A stretch of 64,000 nucleotides of DNA from a virus. The notes below the pieces were generated by a model. The model had not been told where the DNA came from. It did no database searches and saw only the letters and a program-made list of their open reading frames with translations. The stretch is taken from positions 1-64,000 of the IMG/VR virus record IMGVR_UViG_3300009128_000003; one strand, 5' to 3'. Shown piece after piece: positions 28,486-37,831 of this stretch (positions are counted from its first letter, which is position 1; the number at the start of each line of letters is the position of its first letter). The position numbers and the translations under genes are program-made.

Positions 28486-28514
28486 AATATATCACTCTTG
28501 AACAAGCTTGTCAA
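28486..28514 (-). promoter_or_regulatory. sigma70-type promoter for SSB
   Basis: TTGACA-17 nt-TATATT. Confidence 0.8.
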
Positions 28515-29358
28515 GAGTTTTTTGGTTGTTTTGTACTACGTTAGTGTGGGCAACGCAGAACCCAAAATCGTTATAAGGTGTTTCATAGATTGCATATGAC
28601 AGCTTGCGAAATGCATTTCGGGGTTTATCCTTCAACATGTCTACGAGTCGCTTGTGCAATCCTCCTTCGTTCTCTAATCTCTCAGTCTTTATAGCTAAAT
28701 AATAACATAATTCTCGGGGAGTGTCAAGCTCAAAAAGCCATTTTTCTTCAAGATTTGTTAAATCTAAACCTGCTACGCTCCGAATTCTATTTATGTCTGC
28801 TGGTTTTGATACCTGTCCAATCTCCGGCTCTGTGTGCGTAAAGTAATTTACATGGTGCACGGTTGAAAAAATGAACTGATTCAAAGAGTCATAGTAAGTC
28901 TTAATGGGCAAGTCCCCCATGCAATTCTCTAAATTAAGATTGGACACGATGGTCATTGAGTTAAAAAGCCCTGAGCGAGCATACTCCTGTAGCACGCCAA
29001 AGACTGCATTCTCTATAAGGACTGGATATCCCGTGAGAAGCTCTGTGTCGGGCTTCACATAGATGACATCAATTTTCTTATCCTTTATTTGTTCCAAGAT
29101 CCCCAGCGAGTAGTTGGAGCTATACGAGCCTCCCACGATGAAAAATTGAATGTGTTCTTCTGTGGTTTCAAAAAACTTTGTTACGTTAGGGATGTGCTTC
29201 TCATAAAGCTCGGGATGATCATAAGCTTTTAGTTTGAACTTATATTTAGAATTGCGCTTCACCTTGTCATTCATGACATACACGCTATATTGAGGAATGT
29301 CTTTGAATTTCTCAACAATAGCAGTGGCGGCGTTGCCCAAGCCAACAATGGAAATCAT
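28492..29358 (-). CDS. Divergent tubulin/FtsZ (PhuZ/TubZ-like) protein
   Basis: IVGLGNAATAIV N-terminal motif, V.P and IVSN strands at expected spacing; signature loop degenerate (GGSYSSNYS). Confidence 0.6.
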   Translation of the reverse strand: MISIVGLGNAATAIVEKFKDIPQYSVYVMNDKVKRNSKYKFKLKAYDHPELYEKHIPNVTKFFETTEEHIQFFIVGGSYSSNYSLGILEQIKDKKIDVIYVKPDTELLTGYPVLIENAVFGVLQEYARSGLFNSMTIVSNLNLENCMGDLPIKTYYDSLNQFIFSTVHHVNYFTHTEPEIGQVSKPADINRIRSVAGLDLTNLEEKWLFELDTPRELCYYLAIKTERLENEGGLHKRLVDMLKDKPRNAFRKLSYAIYETPYNDFGFCVAHTNVVQNNQKTLDKLVQE

Positions 29359-30530
29359 AGCGTCATCTCTTTTAGATTATAATAATCTTTTCCAGCCTTC
29401 AAATTAGCCAGATAACCGTCCTCAAACGTCTCTTTGATTTTTAAAATTAAATCGCGATCTTCGTCCGAGTAATCAATAACTATTTCATCATGAACAATAT
29501 GTGAGATAAAACTTTTCCTATCTTCCAAAAGTTTATCGATCTCGACTGCTTTTGCCATGACGCGATCTGCAGTTGTGCTTTGAATGAGGTAATTCAATGC
29601 CTTCCTCTCTTCCACCAGAATCTCTCTGTTATATGGTGTCTTAATATAACCGTCTTCATACCACTTGTCAAGTACTTTTTTACGATCATACGCTTCTGCT
29701 TGAATTTCGTTGGAGTCAGGGTTATATAGCCATGCGAAGAATAGCGTTTTAGCCTCGTCACGCGTCACGTCGTGGTCCTTAAAAATGTTTTCGATGTTCC
29801 ATTGGTGGATATCTTTTTGCGGCTGTTCAAGACCGCTCAGTTCGATAAAGGTCCGCAGTTCAGCACCGTTATAATCCAAACTGAGAAGTAAGTCATTATG
29901 TGGCTTCACAATGGCTCGGAACTCCTTCTTTATCGTTAGCATCGGAAAAGAGTCTGGTCGAGTTGTGAGGCGACCGGTCACGGTCCCAAAAAGATTATAG
30001 TCTATATATTGATAGTTTTTTATTAGCTCGGTGAGTTTGTACCGATCCCGAGAAGAGTAGAGCAGATGGTGTGCCTGTGTTACATTCAGGTTAAGACGTT
30101 GGTATTGGATCTTGTGCAGGAGCTTTTGCACACTTGCAAGATGTTCGTAATTGGGGGGTGCCGGAAATGCTTCGAAAACGTGCTCGGTTACCTTGTTTTT
30201 GATCTCGCAAAATTCTAACAGAAAGTCATGAGGAATCAAGTCAAATACGCAATGGTCATTAAGGTTAACCTTGGCGATCTTAAAAGATTTAACATATGCG
30301 CGCATCTTCTTTTGCACAGACACCAGTTGTTCTGTTAAATAGTCCGGACAACAATCCTCAAGGGTGCGACCGGCACTCCGGATCCATGCGTATTCCACCG
30401 ACGGGTCTGTGATTGACCCCGTATACTTCCATGTCTTTGTGAGGTTCTCGGGAAACTTGTCAAAGTGAAGCTTTCCGTCTGTGTAGATCCCGATGCATTC
30501 AGACTTATCGTCAATAGCTTGAAAAATCAT
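29355..30530 (-). CDS. Minimal family A DNA polymerase domain protein
   Basis: TVTGRLT, motif A LDYNGAELR, motif B RDEAKTLFFAWLY, NYLIQST, motif C VHDEIV. Confidence 0.85.
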   Translation of the reverse strand: MIFQAIDDKSECIGIYTDGKLHFDKFPENLTKTWKYTGSITDPSVEYAWIRSAGRTLEDCCPDYLTEQLVSVQKKMRAYVKSFKIAKVNLNDHCVFDLIPHDFLLEFCEIKNKVTEHVFEAFPAPPNYEHLASVQKLLHKIQYQRLNLNVTQAHHLLYSSRDRYKLTELIKNYQYIDYNLFGTVTGRLTTRPDSFPMLTIKKEFRAIVKPHNDLLLSLDYNGAELRTFIELSGLEQPQKDIHQWNIENIFKDHDVTRDEAKTLFFAWLYNPDSNEIQAEAYDRKKVLDKWYEDGYIKTPYNREILVEERKALNYLIQSTTADRVMAKAVEIDKLLEDRKSFISHIVHDEIVIDYSDEDRDLILKIKETFEDGYLANLKAGKDYYNLKEMTL

Positions 30531-31773
30531 TAGTTGACATACCCATATCGTCAATTGTTATATTATCGATGGCGCCAGAAGCAAAATCTGCTTTTACCTG
30601 AGCAATCCTCTTCTTTATAAGATAACCTATCGAGCCGCTCTTGTCAAATGGTTTGTTCATTATTTGTTCGAATCCAAAACTAATAGCCCACAAAGAATTG
30701 GTATGTTTGGTAAAATTGATAAATTCCTTGATGATCTTTTTCATGTGAGATGCCGGCATATCTGGCTTCTCCTCATAAAGGCGCATCTGTAAATATATTT
30801 TTATGAAGTAGTAGGCGTCGAATTTTCTTACCAACTCGTCGGCAGTATAGTTCTCTGAATACACAACGCGTGTCTGAATGCTGCCATCTGCACAGGTTTC
30901 TACTTCTTCATACGCCTCAAGGCGCGCTGCGTTGTACATCTCTAGTAGGTGCGGGACAAGCTCATTAAAATATTGGGAGAACGCGGTGGCGTAAGCATCA
31001 TCCATTACAGACTTATATCCGAATTGCCGGGCTTGCTGCATCATTAGATCTGACCTCACATCCGCAACAATTCGCCACGGCACATGACAATCTACCATAA
31101 ATCCGTAAGAATTGCAAGTTCGCACAAAAAAGTCCCAGTTTCTACTATTAACGAGGCGAGTCATTTTCTCTTCATCGTTAATATAATCCATATCGGCTAT
31201 TTCAATAGCCAACCCAGATGACATTATCGAACACTCGGCGCTCTTAATAAAGCCCGGATACGTCACAGGCTTCGTTGCTAAAATGCTTCGCATGTTGATG
31301 AAAAAGTAATCGATAAACTGTTCGAAATTAGTGATGCGGACGCCGCTAGCTTTGATCGAGTCCCCTACTAATGCGGAATACAGTTTTCTATATTGGAGAT
31401 ATAGAGTAGAGGGTGACGTGTAGGCTTTATAAGCTTTAAGCTGGCTTAAATAAGGATCATTAACATCAATCTGCCCATTGGATGCACACTTCTGAAACTG
31501 GAGTGCCATGGCGTTGAATACGTCTGCCACAAAGTTTAAGGCGTGGGGTGCTTGAGCCACTTCTGCCGCCGACGCAAGAGGACTCAGGAGCGTTTCTCCT
31601 ACCACCACCGGCAGGAATCGAGATGTAACTCTTCCATATAATATTTTCTCTCCTCGGTAAAAATCCACAATATTGCTGTCACCACGCGAAAGCAATTGGG
31701 CGCGATATAGTTGGCGCTTATTGAATAGCTTAAAAGAAGTCTCAGTATTTTTTTCGGCATAGAAGTCTGACAT
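30511..31773 (-). CDS. Hypothetical protein
   Basis: 420-aa ORF in operon between baseplate hub and PolA-like gene. Confidence 0.75.
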   Translation of the reverse strand: MSDFYAEKNTETSFKLFNKRQLYRAQLLSRGDSNIVDFYRGEKILYGRVTSRFLPVVVGETLLSPLASAAEVAQAPHALNFVADVFNAMALQFQKCASNGQIDVNDPYLSQLKAYKAYTSPSTLYLQYRKLYSALVGDSIKASGVRITNFEQFIDYFFINMRSILATKPVTYPGFIKSAECSIMSSGLAIEIADMDYINDEEKMTRLVNSRNWDFFVRTCNSYGFMVDCHVPWRIVADVRSDLMMQQARQFGYKSVMDDAYATAFSQYFNELVPHLLEMYNAARLEAYEEVETCADGSIQTRVVYSENYTADELVRKFDAYYFIKIYLQMRLYEEKPDMPASHMKKIIKEFINFTKHTNSLWAISFGFEQIMNKPFDKSGSIGYLIKKRIAQVKADFASGAIDNITIDDMGMSTNDFSSY

Positions 31774-31791
31774 ATCTTAGTTTCTCACTTG

Positions 31792-34700
31792 TTAATCGTT
31801 TTGTGTTCGGGTAGCGATGCCATGCCGTTGAGCATAAATGCCACATTTTCCTGTGGCGACGCGGGTATCCCGCGAAGCAGCATTGGCTTTCTCGGCGAGA
31901 TCAGAATCAATCTGTGCTACCCATTTAGCATGAATCTTAGTGTTCGCATATCCTTCCCCAAACTCATGCTCAGAGCGTATAATCATATAATAGCCTCCGA
32001 TTCCTAAGTCTGTGAGATCAAATCCTTTAGGTGAAATTTTCTGGGGAACTGATGGATCAAACCCGCGTGGGGGGATAAAGATATAAGTCCCGGGATAGGT
32101 TTGCACGTTGGCGAAAGAGTCGATTTCAACATCGTATACAACGCGCAGTTGTCTTAGTCCATCATAGCCGTCTTGTTCAAAGCGGACCTCTGCCAGTCCT
32201 TTTGTGGACGTCTTCGACAGTTTAATCGTTTTAACGAGCCCCTTATCCCTCCCGAGAAAATAGTGTTGAATTCCTCGATCTTCATCTTGGCACCGCACAC
32301 CATTCATTTTCTCCGTTGGCATTGTCCGACCAGCAAAAAATACAAAATAGTTCATTTCGTTGGCGAGTGGTGCATAGGTGGTTGCGGTGCCAGTGTTGCC
32401 ATTCACGTTAAGGACCGGTAAGGTATTGTTGCCCGGCGTAAAGGAATCCCCAAGTATGCCAGTGCACTGGACCCTGCCGCCGCTCTTTACTTCGTGAGTT
32501 ACACGACCCTTAAAGTCTGAAAGATTTATGCGGGAGGCGGCAGGACCCATTATAGCTTGGATCTTATAAGTTAGATCGTCGATCAGTTTATTCTTTTCCC
32601 TATATTTTTCGGGCACAAAGCTCGTAAGAACTGCTTGATTAACGCGGACTTTCTGTCCGACGTTATAAATAAAGCAAGTATCGTTGTTTAAAAAGTCACG
32701 AATGAGGGTGTTGAAAAAGTCATTTAAAAATTTAGTCAATGGATAAACCGTCTCTTCCCTCTGCAATACTTTAGCTGTCAACCACTCCACAAAATACTTA
32801 ACAGAAATAGGGATATCTCCAAAATTAACGAATGCGCTGGGGGCACCCTCTGCAACTTTGTGGTGCACAAACTCGACCGGACCAAACAAAAGTCTGAGGC
32901 GTTTAAAATTTTGACGGTAAAGCTTTAACTGGCGTATCTTCTCGTTTATGGCGCACTTAGTAAATGTCCCCTTCTTGAGTTCGGCTTCAAGCAGACCTTC
33001 TAGACTGTGCCATTCTGCCTCAATATTATAGAGCACCTGATCGATAAGGTCGCTAACATAAAAGAACGGCAAATTGTTATCGTTGGGGTTGACCGCCAAC
33101 AATGACGCAGCAACTTGCTTTTTGGTGCCGGAGTCTAGGCTCGTACCCCCTCCGGCTTTGGTGTATCCGGCTTCTCCACTCTTTGTGTTATTAAGGGTGT
33201 ATTCAATTGCGGATGCCACGCGGCTCCCATAGTCATCATCATTCATAATAAAATTGCCGGCGCGGTGAGCATCATGATATTCTTTATAATCTGCAAATGG
33301 ACCTGTTTGTACGAATCTTTTAAGCTTGTCTGTCGGTATGTTAATATAGAATATTTTGTCGCTACAGGACAAGCTCCACAACAGCTTGCTTACTGATTTG
33401 ATCGCGTCATCTTGGACTTCGGCAGCAAATGTAGCTTTGGCATTTGCCAAAATATCGGCGGGGGTTGCAGTCTTTTTCTTATCGTCACCCTCGTCGCCCG
33501 TGGGTGCAGCCGCTGGCTCGGCGGCACTTCCTCCGCAGTGACGCTGCAGTTCGTCGAGCTTAAGCCCCCTCTTGATGCGATTCATGGCGATGACGCCGGT
33601 AGGGTCCGCGAAAGCGTTATAGCCGGACTGATCGAAAAAGTCTTCCACGTACGCCAAATAATTAATGTTGAACGTCACGCGCCCTTGCTCATCAAACTCA
33701 AAGTTATGGATGGTGGGCGTCAAGTTTAATGTAACAAATGAATCATCCAGCGCTTTTTGTAGCTGGTCCGATCGGTTCGCCCTGAGTCCACTGAGTCCCG
33801 TGGGTGCGCTCCAACCAACGACTGCCTTCAGTCTAAAGTTTAATTTGGCGAGATTCTCGTTCTCCTCCATCGCTGCGATGTAATCAGCAGGAGTCTCGCA
33901 GCTTTGTTCGCCGGCGCCTTTTGGCTTTCCGGTTTTAAGAGCCAAATCAACGTAGTTATAAATATGCCTGTTTCCGTTATTTGTTTCTCCGCGTCTATCA
34001 AGTAGCAGTTCATTAAAGCTATTAGCAAAAATCTTCAGATTTGCTTTAATACTCTTTTTGGCGGCGAAAGGATTGCTGCCATCGTATGTAAAGTTAAAAC
34101 TCTTTAACCCAACCCCGCCGCCACGAGATTCGCGCTTCATAAAGCTTATTAACTCTTCATTATTAAAATGCGAACTAAATTTAATCTCAACCTCTTGCTC
34201 CTCTCCGTTCGGTCCATAAATAACTTTAAAAAGCCGTATGCGTGGCTGTAAATTAGACACTTCCCAATTTTCAATATTATAAAGAGCGGGAGCATAGGGG
34301 CTGGCAGTGAGCTTGTTGATGAATCCATACGGATCGCCGTCGACTAGCAAGCAAGCATTTGCCATGTGATCATTTTTTCGACCCCGGGCGCCTGTAGCTT
34401 TGGGGAATTCAGGGGAGCGTTTAACTTTTGTATATGGGAGTGATTTGTGGCTCCCTAAGCTAGTCCCTTTGCCGCCGGTCGGCTTTAGCGTCCCGGTGCC
34501 TATTTTCCATACTTTATAATCATCCTCGGTGTATGTTCCTAAATCTAAAGTTCTCTTTTTATAATTGGAGATTATGCCTACAAAACTGAGCAAGAAGCAT
34601 TGTTCTTTGTATAATACTTTCTCGGGGGAAAGCCCGAAAGCTCCGACTTGCTTGTCGGCGTCACCGCGCAATTTCGCGACTAACGCATTTAACTGGTCAT

Positions 34701-36441
34701 TCCACTTGCCGCCGCCGAAAAAATCCCTGATCGGTCCGTGTCCTTCCTCTTCTAAGAGCGCTTGGATCTCCTCATTGAGTTTGTCGTCAGCCGCCTTATC
34801 CGCATCCCAGACACATTGGACAGCTTCAAGGAGCTTTTTATGATACTGCGCCATCTGATTGGCAACCAACTTAAAATTATTGGACATAGCTGTGACATGC
34901 TCTTTGTTCCAGCCCTTGTTGTTTGCAGAGCCCGCCGCGTTCCCCGTAGTTTCCGGAGGGAGGTCTGCCGGCAGGTTTCCGATCTGATCAGCAATCTTGA
35001 TCATTATCTCAGCCCACCAGCTTAAGTGTTGCTGTTGCAGCCCGGCGCTGTCGTTGGCTTCTTGCCCGGGGGTAGCAGCCGCGTCAGCTGTAGCCTCTGT
35101 CGGGGCGACTGCGGCGCCGGCAGCTTCTAACTGGGCGCCAAGCTCATCAACCTCCGTGGTGCCATACTGGTAGTCTGTATTTGCGACGGCATCCTTCGAG
35201 ACATCTTGCAGGTGGCTCATCCAAATTTGATTGACTGAGTTAGCTGGCCAATACGCCGGGGCGCCATATTTCAACACCCCCATGGGGGACGACCAAAAGG
35301 CTTGCGAATATATATTGCGGCGCTTTGACGTCCCACTGCCGATTAGAGAGATTGTCAAGGCTTGCAAGGCGCCGGGCACGCCGCTTTTGGCGGCATCAAT
35401 CTGTTCTTGAGATGGTCCGAAAGAGTCCGCATGCGTGTTAGTTTTATTAGCTTGACTGACGGCCAGGCTGGCTTGGTTCGACTCTATCATCTCTCCACAT
35501 ATCGCCCATGATTGGCGCAGAAGTGCCATTAGCCACGAATACCAATACCATGGGTAGCGTCCAGCAAAGTCAGTGCCCCCCATTGCGGTGAATATAGAAT
35601 GTGCTTTGTCGGCTTGGGGGTTGCTAAAATATTCGCCGGCGTAGCCCGTGTGCGGGTATGATCGCTGTGGTACATATAGATTAGGATGCGACCTCTTGTC
35701 CACCAAGTTGCTATTGCTCTCCAGATTAAAATATTGAGAGCCTCGTTCGCCGATCTGTACGGCTTCGGCGATGGAGCCCGCTGCAGCGGCGGTGTTGGGC
35801 TTGCCTGTCCACATTAATGGACTTGTTGCGCCGGGTTTTATTTGGGCGTCCATTCGCGTTGTTTGATCAGATGTTTGGATGAATCCGGTGGGAGCGCCGT
35901 ACAGCAGTTGAGTGTGGACGTCTCCGACAAGGTAAGGGACACCCAGAACAGGTTGTTGTTGTCGCTGCATCCCGGGGTTCGCGCTGTCCATGGAGCCGGC
36001 GCCTGCAGATGCAATATCCCTAGCGAAGGTTTTCCGGGTGGTGATGGCGCCTTCCATTTCCGGTATCCCATAAATGGATTCAAAGAGAACTCCGCTCACT
36101 CCTTCCAGCGCTTCTAACATTTTCGTACGGATTTCTATAAATTGTTCGGCGCACTCGATGATTTGCTGTGCAGACGCGTCCATCTGTGGGGAAACTGCGG
36201 CTACAACGCCTTCTGCTAATTCGTATAGTTCTATATCTTCAGAGGTGCCGTACTCAATATCACATTTGGCGGCGCATGCCTCCCATACAGCTTTCTCTTC
36301 AGCGGTCCAGTGGCGGTCGCCGGATTCAGCCGCTCCCCGGGCATCGGTGGTGCCAGCCTCCCCACAGGCTGCGCGGCATTTGGCGCGACCCTCTCTGATG
36401 GCTGAGGTGGGTTGCCCCATCTGAGATTCTGCAATTGCCAT
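31792..36441 (-). CDS. Large baseplate hub-like protein
   Basis: Follows LysM gene; C-terminal Y.V.I...PG.YI....GIGGYY.I....H.F...T hub (gp27/gpD-like) pattern. Confidence 0.6.
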   Translation of the reverse strand: MAIAESQMGQPTSAIREGRAKCRAACGEAGTTDARGAAESGDRHWTAEEKAVWEACAAKCDIEYGTSEDIELYELAEGVVAAVSPQMDASAQQIIECAEQFIEIRTKMLEALEGVSGVLFESIYGIPEMEGAITTRKTFARDIASAGAGSMDSANPGMQRQQQPVLGVPYLVGDVHTQLLYGAPTGFIQTSDQTTRMDAQIKPGATSPLMWTGKPNTAAAAGSIAEAVQIGERGSQYFNLESNSNLVDKRSHPNLYVPQRSYPHTGYAGEYFSNPQADKAHSIFTAMGGTDFAGRYPWYWYSWLMALLRQSWAICGEMIESNQASLAVSQANKTNTHADSFGPSQEQIDAAKSGVPGALQALTISLIGSGTSKRRNIYSQAFWSSPMGVLKYGAPAYWPANSVNQIWMSHLQDVSKDAVANTDYQYGTTEVDELGAQLEAAGAAVAPTEATADAAATPGQEANDSAGLQQQHLSWWAEIMIKIADQIGNLPADLPPETTGNAAGSANNKGWNKEHVTAMSNNFKLVANQMAQYHKKLLEAVQCVWDADKAADDKLNEEIQALLEEEGHGPIRDFFGGGKWNDQLNALVAKLRGDADKQVGAFGLSPEKVLYKEQCFLLSFVGIISNYKKRTLDLGTYTEDDYKVWKIGTGTLKPTGGKGTSLGSHKSLPYTKVKRSPEFPKATGARGRKNDHMANACLLVDGDPYGFINKLTASPYAPALYNIENWEVSNLQPRIRLFKVIYGPNGEEQEVEIKFSSHFNNEELISFMKRESRGGGVGLKSFNFTYDGSNPFAAKKSIKANLKIFANSFNELLLDRRGETNNGNRHIYNYVDLALKTGKPKGAGEQSCETPADYIAAMEENENLAKLNFRLKAVVGWSAPTGLSGLRANRSDQLQKALDDSFVTLNLTPTIHNFEFDEQGRVTFNINYLAYVEDFFDQSGYNAFADPTGVIAMNRIKRGLKLDELQRHCGGSAAEPAAAPTGDEGDDKKKTATPADILANAKATFAAEVQDDAIKSVSKLLWSLSCSDKIFYINIPTDKLKRFVQTGPFADYKEYHDAHRAGNFIMNDDDYGSRVASAIEYTLNNTKSGEAGYTKAGGGTSLDSGTKKQVAASLLAVNPNDNNLPFFYVSDLIDQVLYNIEAEWHSLEGLLEAELKKGTFTKCAINEKIRQLKLYRQNFKRLRLLFGPVEFVHHKVAEGAPSAFVNFGDIPISVKYFVEWLTAKVLQREETVYPLTKFLNDFFNTLIRDFLNNDTCFIYNVGQKVRVNQAVLTSFVPEKYREKNKLIDDLTYKIQAIMGPAASRINLSDFKGRVTHEVKSGGRVQCTGILGDSFTPGNNTLPVLNVNGNTGTATTYAPLANEMNYFVFFAGRTMPTEKMNGVRCQDEDRGIQHYFLGRDKGLVKTIKLSKTSTKGLAEVRFEQDGYDGLRQLRVVYDVEIDSFANVQTYPGTYIFIPPRGFDPSVPQKISPKGFDLTDLGIGGYYMIIRSEHEFGEGYANTKIHAKWVAQIDSDLAEKANAASRDTRVATGKCGIYAQRHGIATRTQND

Positions 36442-36442
36442 A

Positions 36443-36784
36443 TTACGATGCCCCCACTGTTCTTAAGACTCGTTCGAGATCTAATGGAATGTAGATGAGA
36501 TCACCGGTTTTGATGTCTGCTTCTGTTGGGTATCCGTTGAACCAAGCAATCACCCACCAGTAGTTAATGTTGTTATAATACTGATCTGCTAGCTTGTAAT
36601 AGCGATCCCCATACGCCCAGATATGAGCGGATGTCTTTAAGGAGATTCGATCTGCTAAATCAGGCATTCTAAGTGTTGGTGTTGCATATTGCACAATATT
36701 CTTGATGCCTCCGCGCTCTTTGCGCAAAAACTCATAAAACTCAATAAAGTTATTTAGGATTGTATCGTTGGTATATCTTGACAT
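36443..36784 (-). CDS. LysM-type baseplate wedge protein (gp53-like)
   Basis: MSRY, GDRYYKLADQYY...WWVIAWFN...GDLIYIP. Confidence 0.85.
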   Translation of the reverse strand: MSRYTNDTILNNFIEFYEFLRKERGGIKNIVQYATPTLRMPDLADRISLKTSAHIWAYGDRYYKLADQYYNNINYWWVIAWFNGYPTEADIKTGDLIYIPLDLERVLRTVGAS

Positions 36785-36787
36785 AGT

Positions 36788-37804
36788 TTATCCTTCCTCT
36801 CCCTCTGGTAAGTCCATGTCCTCCGGAGTAAGAACTCCGGTTGCATTCGCGCGCGCAATGGCGTCTGCGTTCGCTTGGTTGTTGGCTTTGGTGCCGGCGG
36901 CGGTGAGTTCCCCGATCCTCTTGAGGGCAGCATCCCTATTGGCTATGATGCTGAGCGCATTGTCTATAGTAGCTTGGTTTCGGCGCTTGGAGTTTTCTCT
37001 TTGTTTTATTAATTCGCTCGCTGCGGGGGCTTTCGCCGCATTTTGGAAGCTAGTTTCAACATCAACTTGATAGGGATAATTAGGGCTTTGTGATGTGCTG
37101 GTGATGTCGACGTCGGCGGTCCAGCCAATATGGTGTTCGTGAATCACACTAAAATCAAATTGAAGCTCTATCGCCTTGGGAACAATTGTGCCGGCAGCTA
37201 CCTCGAAAGAGCCCAGATCGGGGTTGGCAACATTATGATTAACTGTCAATCCGCCCATTGCTCCGAGTAGCCCATGAGTTGCGTCATTGGTATTAAAGAG
37301 ACTAGTGATTGAGTGCTTGCCGGTGGCAACGTTTGTGCCTCCGCCGTCGATATCTATTTCGGCTGTGTTTGCTGTTAACAGGTTCATGACTTTCAATCGT
37401 ATAAGGGGTGATTGTGTGATAATTCGTGCGGGCGGTGTGCCAACGGCGGCGTAAGTTGGATAGAGAAACTGAATTAGTTTTTGGATTTTTGCTAGATTGG
37501 TGTATCCTTCCATCACGGTCGAAGCGGGAACCATCAAGCCGATGCTTACTTTTCTTTGTGTGCCCTTAAAAATGCCTGTCGGGTCTGCACGACCGTAGAT
37601 CGATTCATTATTCCAATCGGAAGAATATGTTTCGTTAAATGATAGCAAAAAAGCTTTGAAGAAAACACTATTTCCGCTGGGAAGGTGTAAAAAGGATACC
37701 GTAAAGCCCGAGTTGGCTTTTGCATCGGAACCATCCACCATTGGAGATGAGGGTCCCCATGCAATGGCGTTAAATTTCTTGTTCTGTGGTTTTTCGTTTG
37801 GCAT
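36788..37804 (-). CDS. Baseplate tube-initiator-like protein, paralogue B
   Basis: F.AFL..FNETY.S.W....YGRADP...F..T.R, LYPTY, PLIRLK, PKAIE. Confidence 0.7.
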   Translation of the reverse strand: MPNEKPQNKKFNAIAWGPSSPMVDGSDAKANSGFTVSFLHLPSGNSVFFKAFLLSFNETYSSDWNNESIYGRADPTGIFKGTQRKVSIGLMVPASTVMEGYTNLAKIQKLIQFLYPTYAAVGTPPARIITQSPLIRLKVMNLLTANTAEIDIDGGGTNVATGKHSITSLFNTNDATHGLLGAMGGLTVNHNVANPDLGSFEVAAGTIVPKAIELQFDFSVIHEHHIGWTADVDITSTSQSPNYPYQVDVETSFQNAAKAPAASELIKQRENSKRRNQATIDNALSIIANRDAALKRIGELTAAGTKANNQANADAIARANATGVLTPEDMDLPEGEEG

Positions 37805-37831
37805 ATCTTATGTTGTGTTCCTTGGCTTGTT

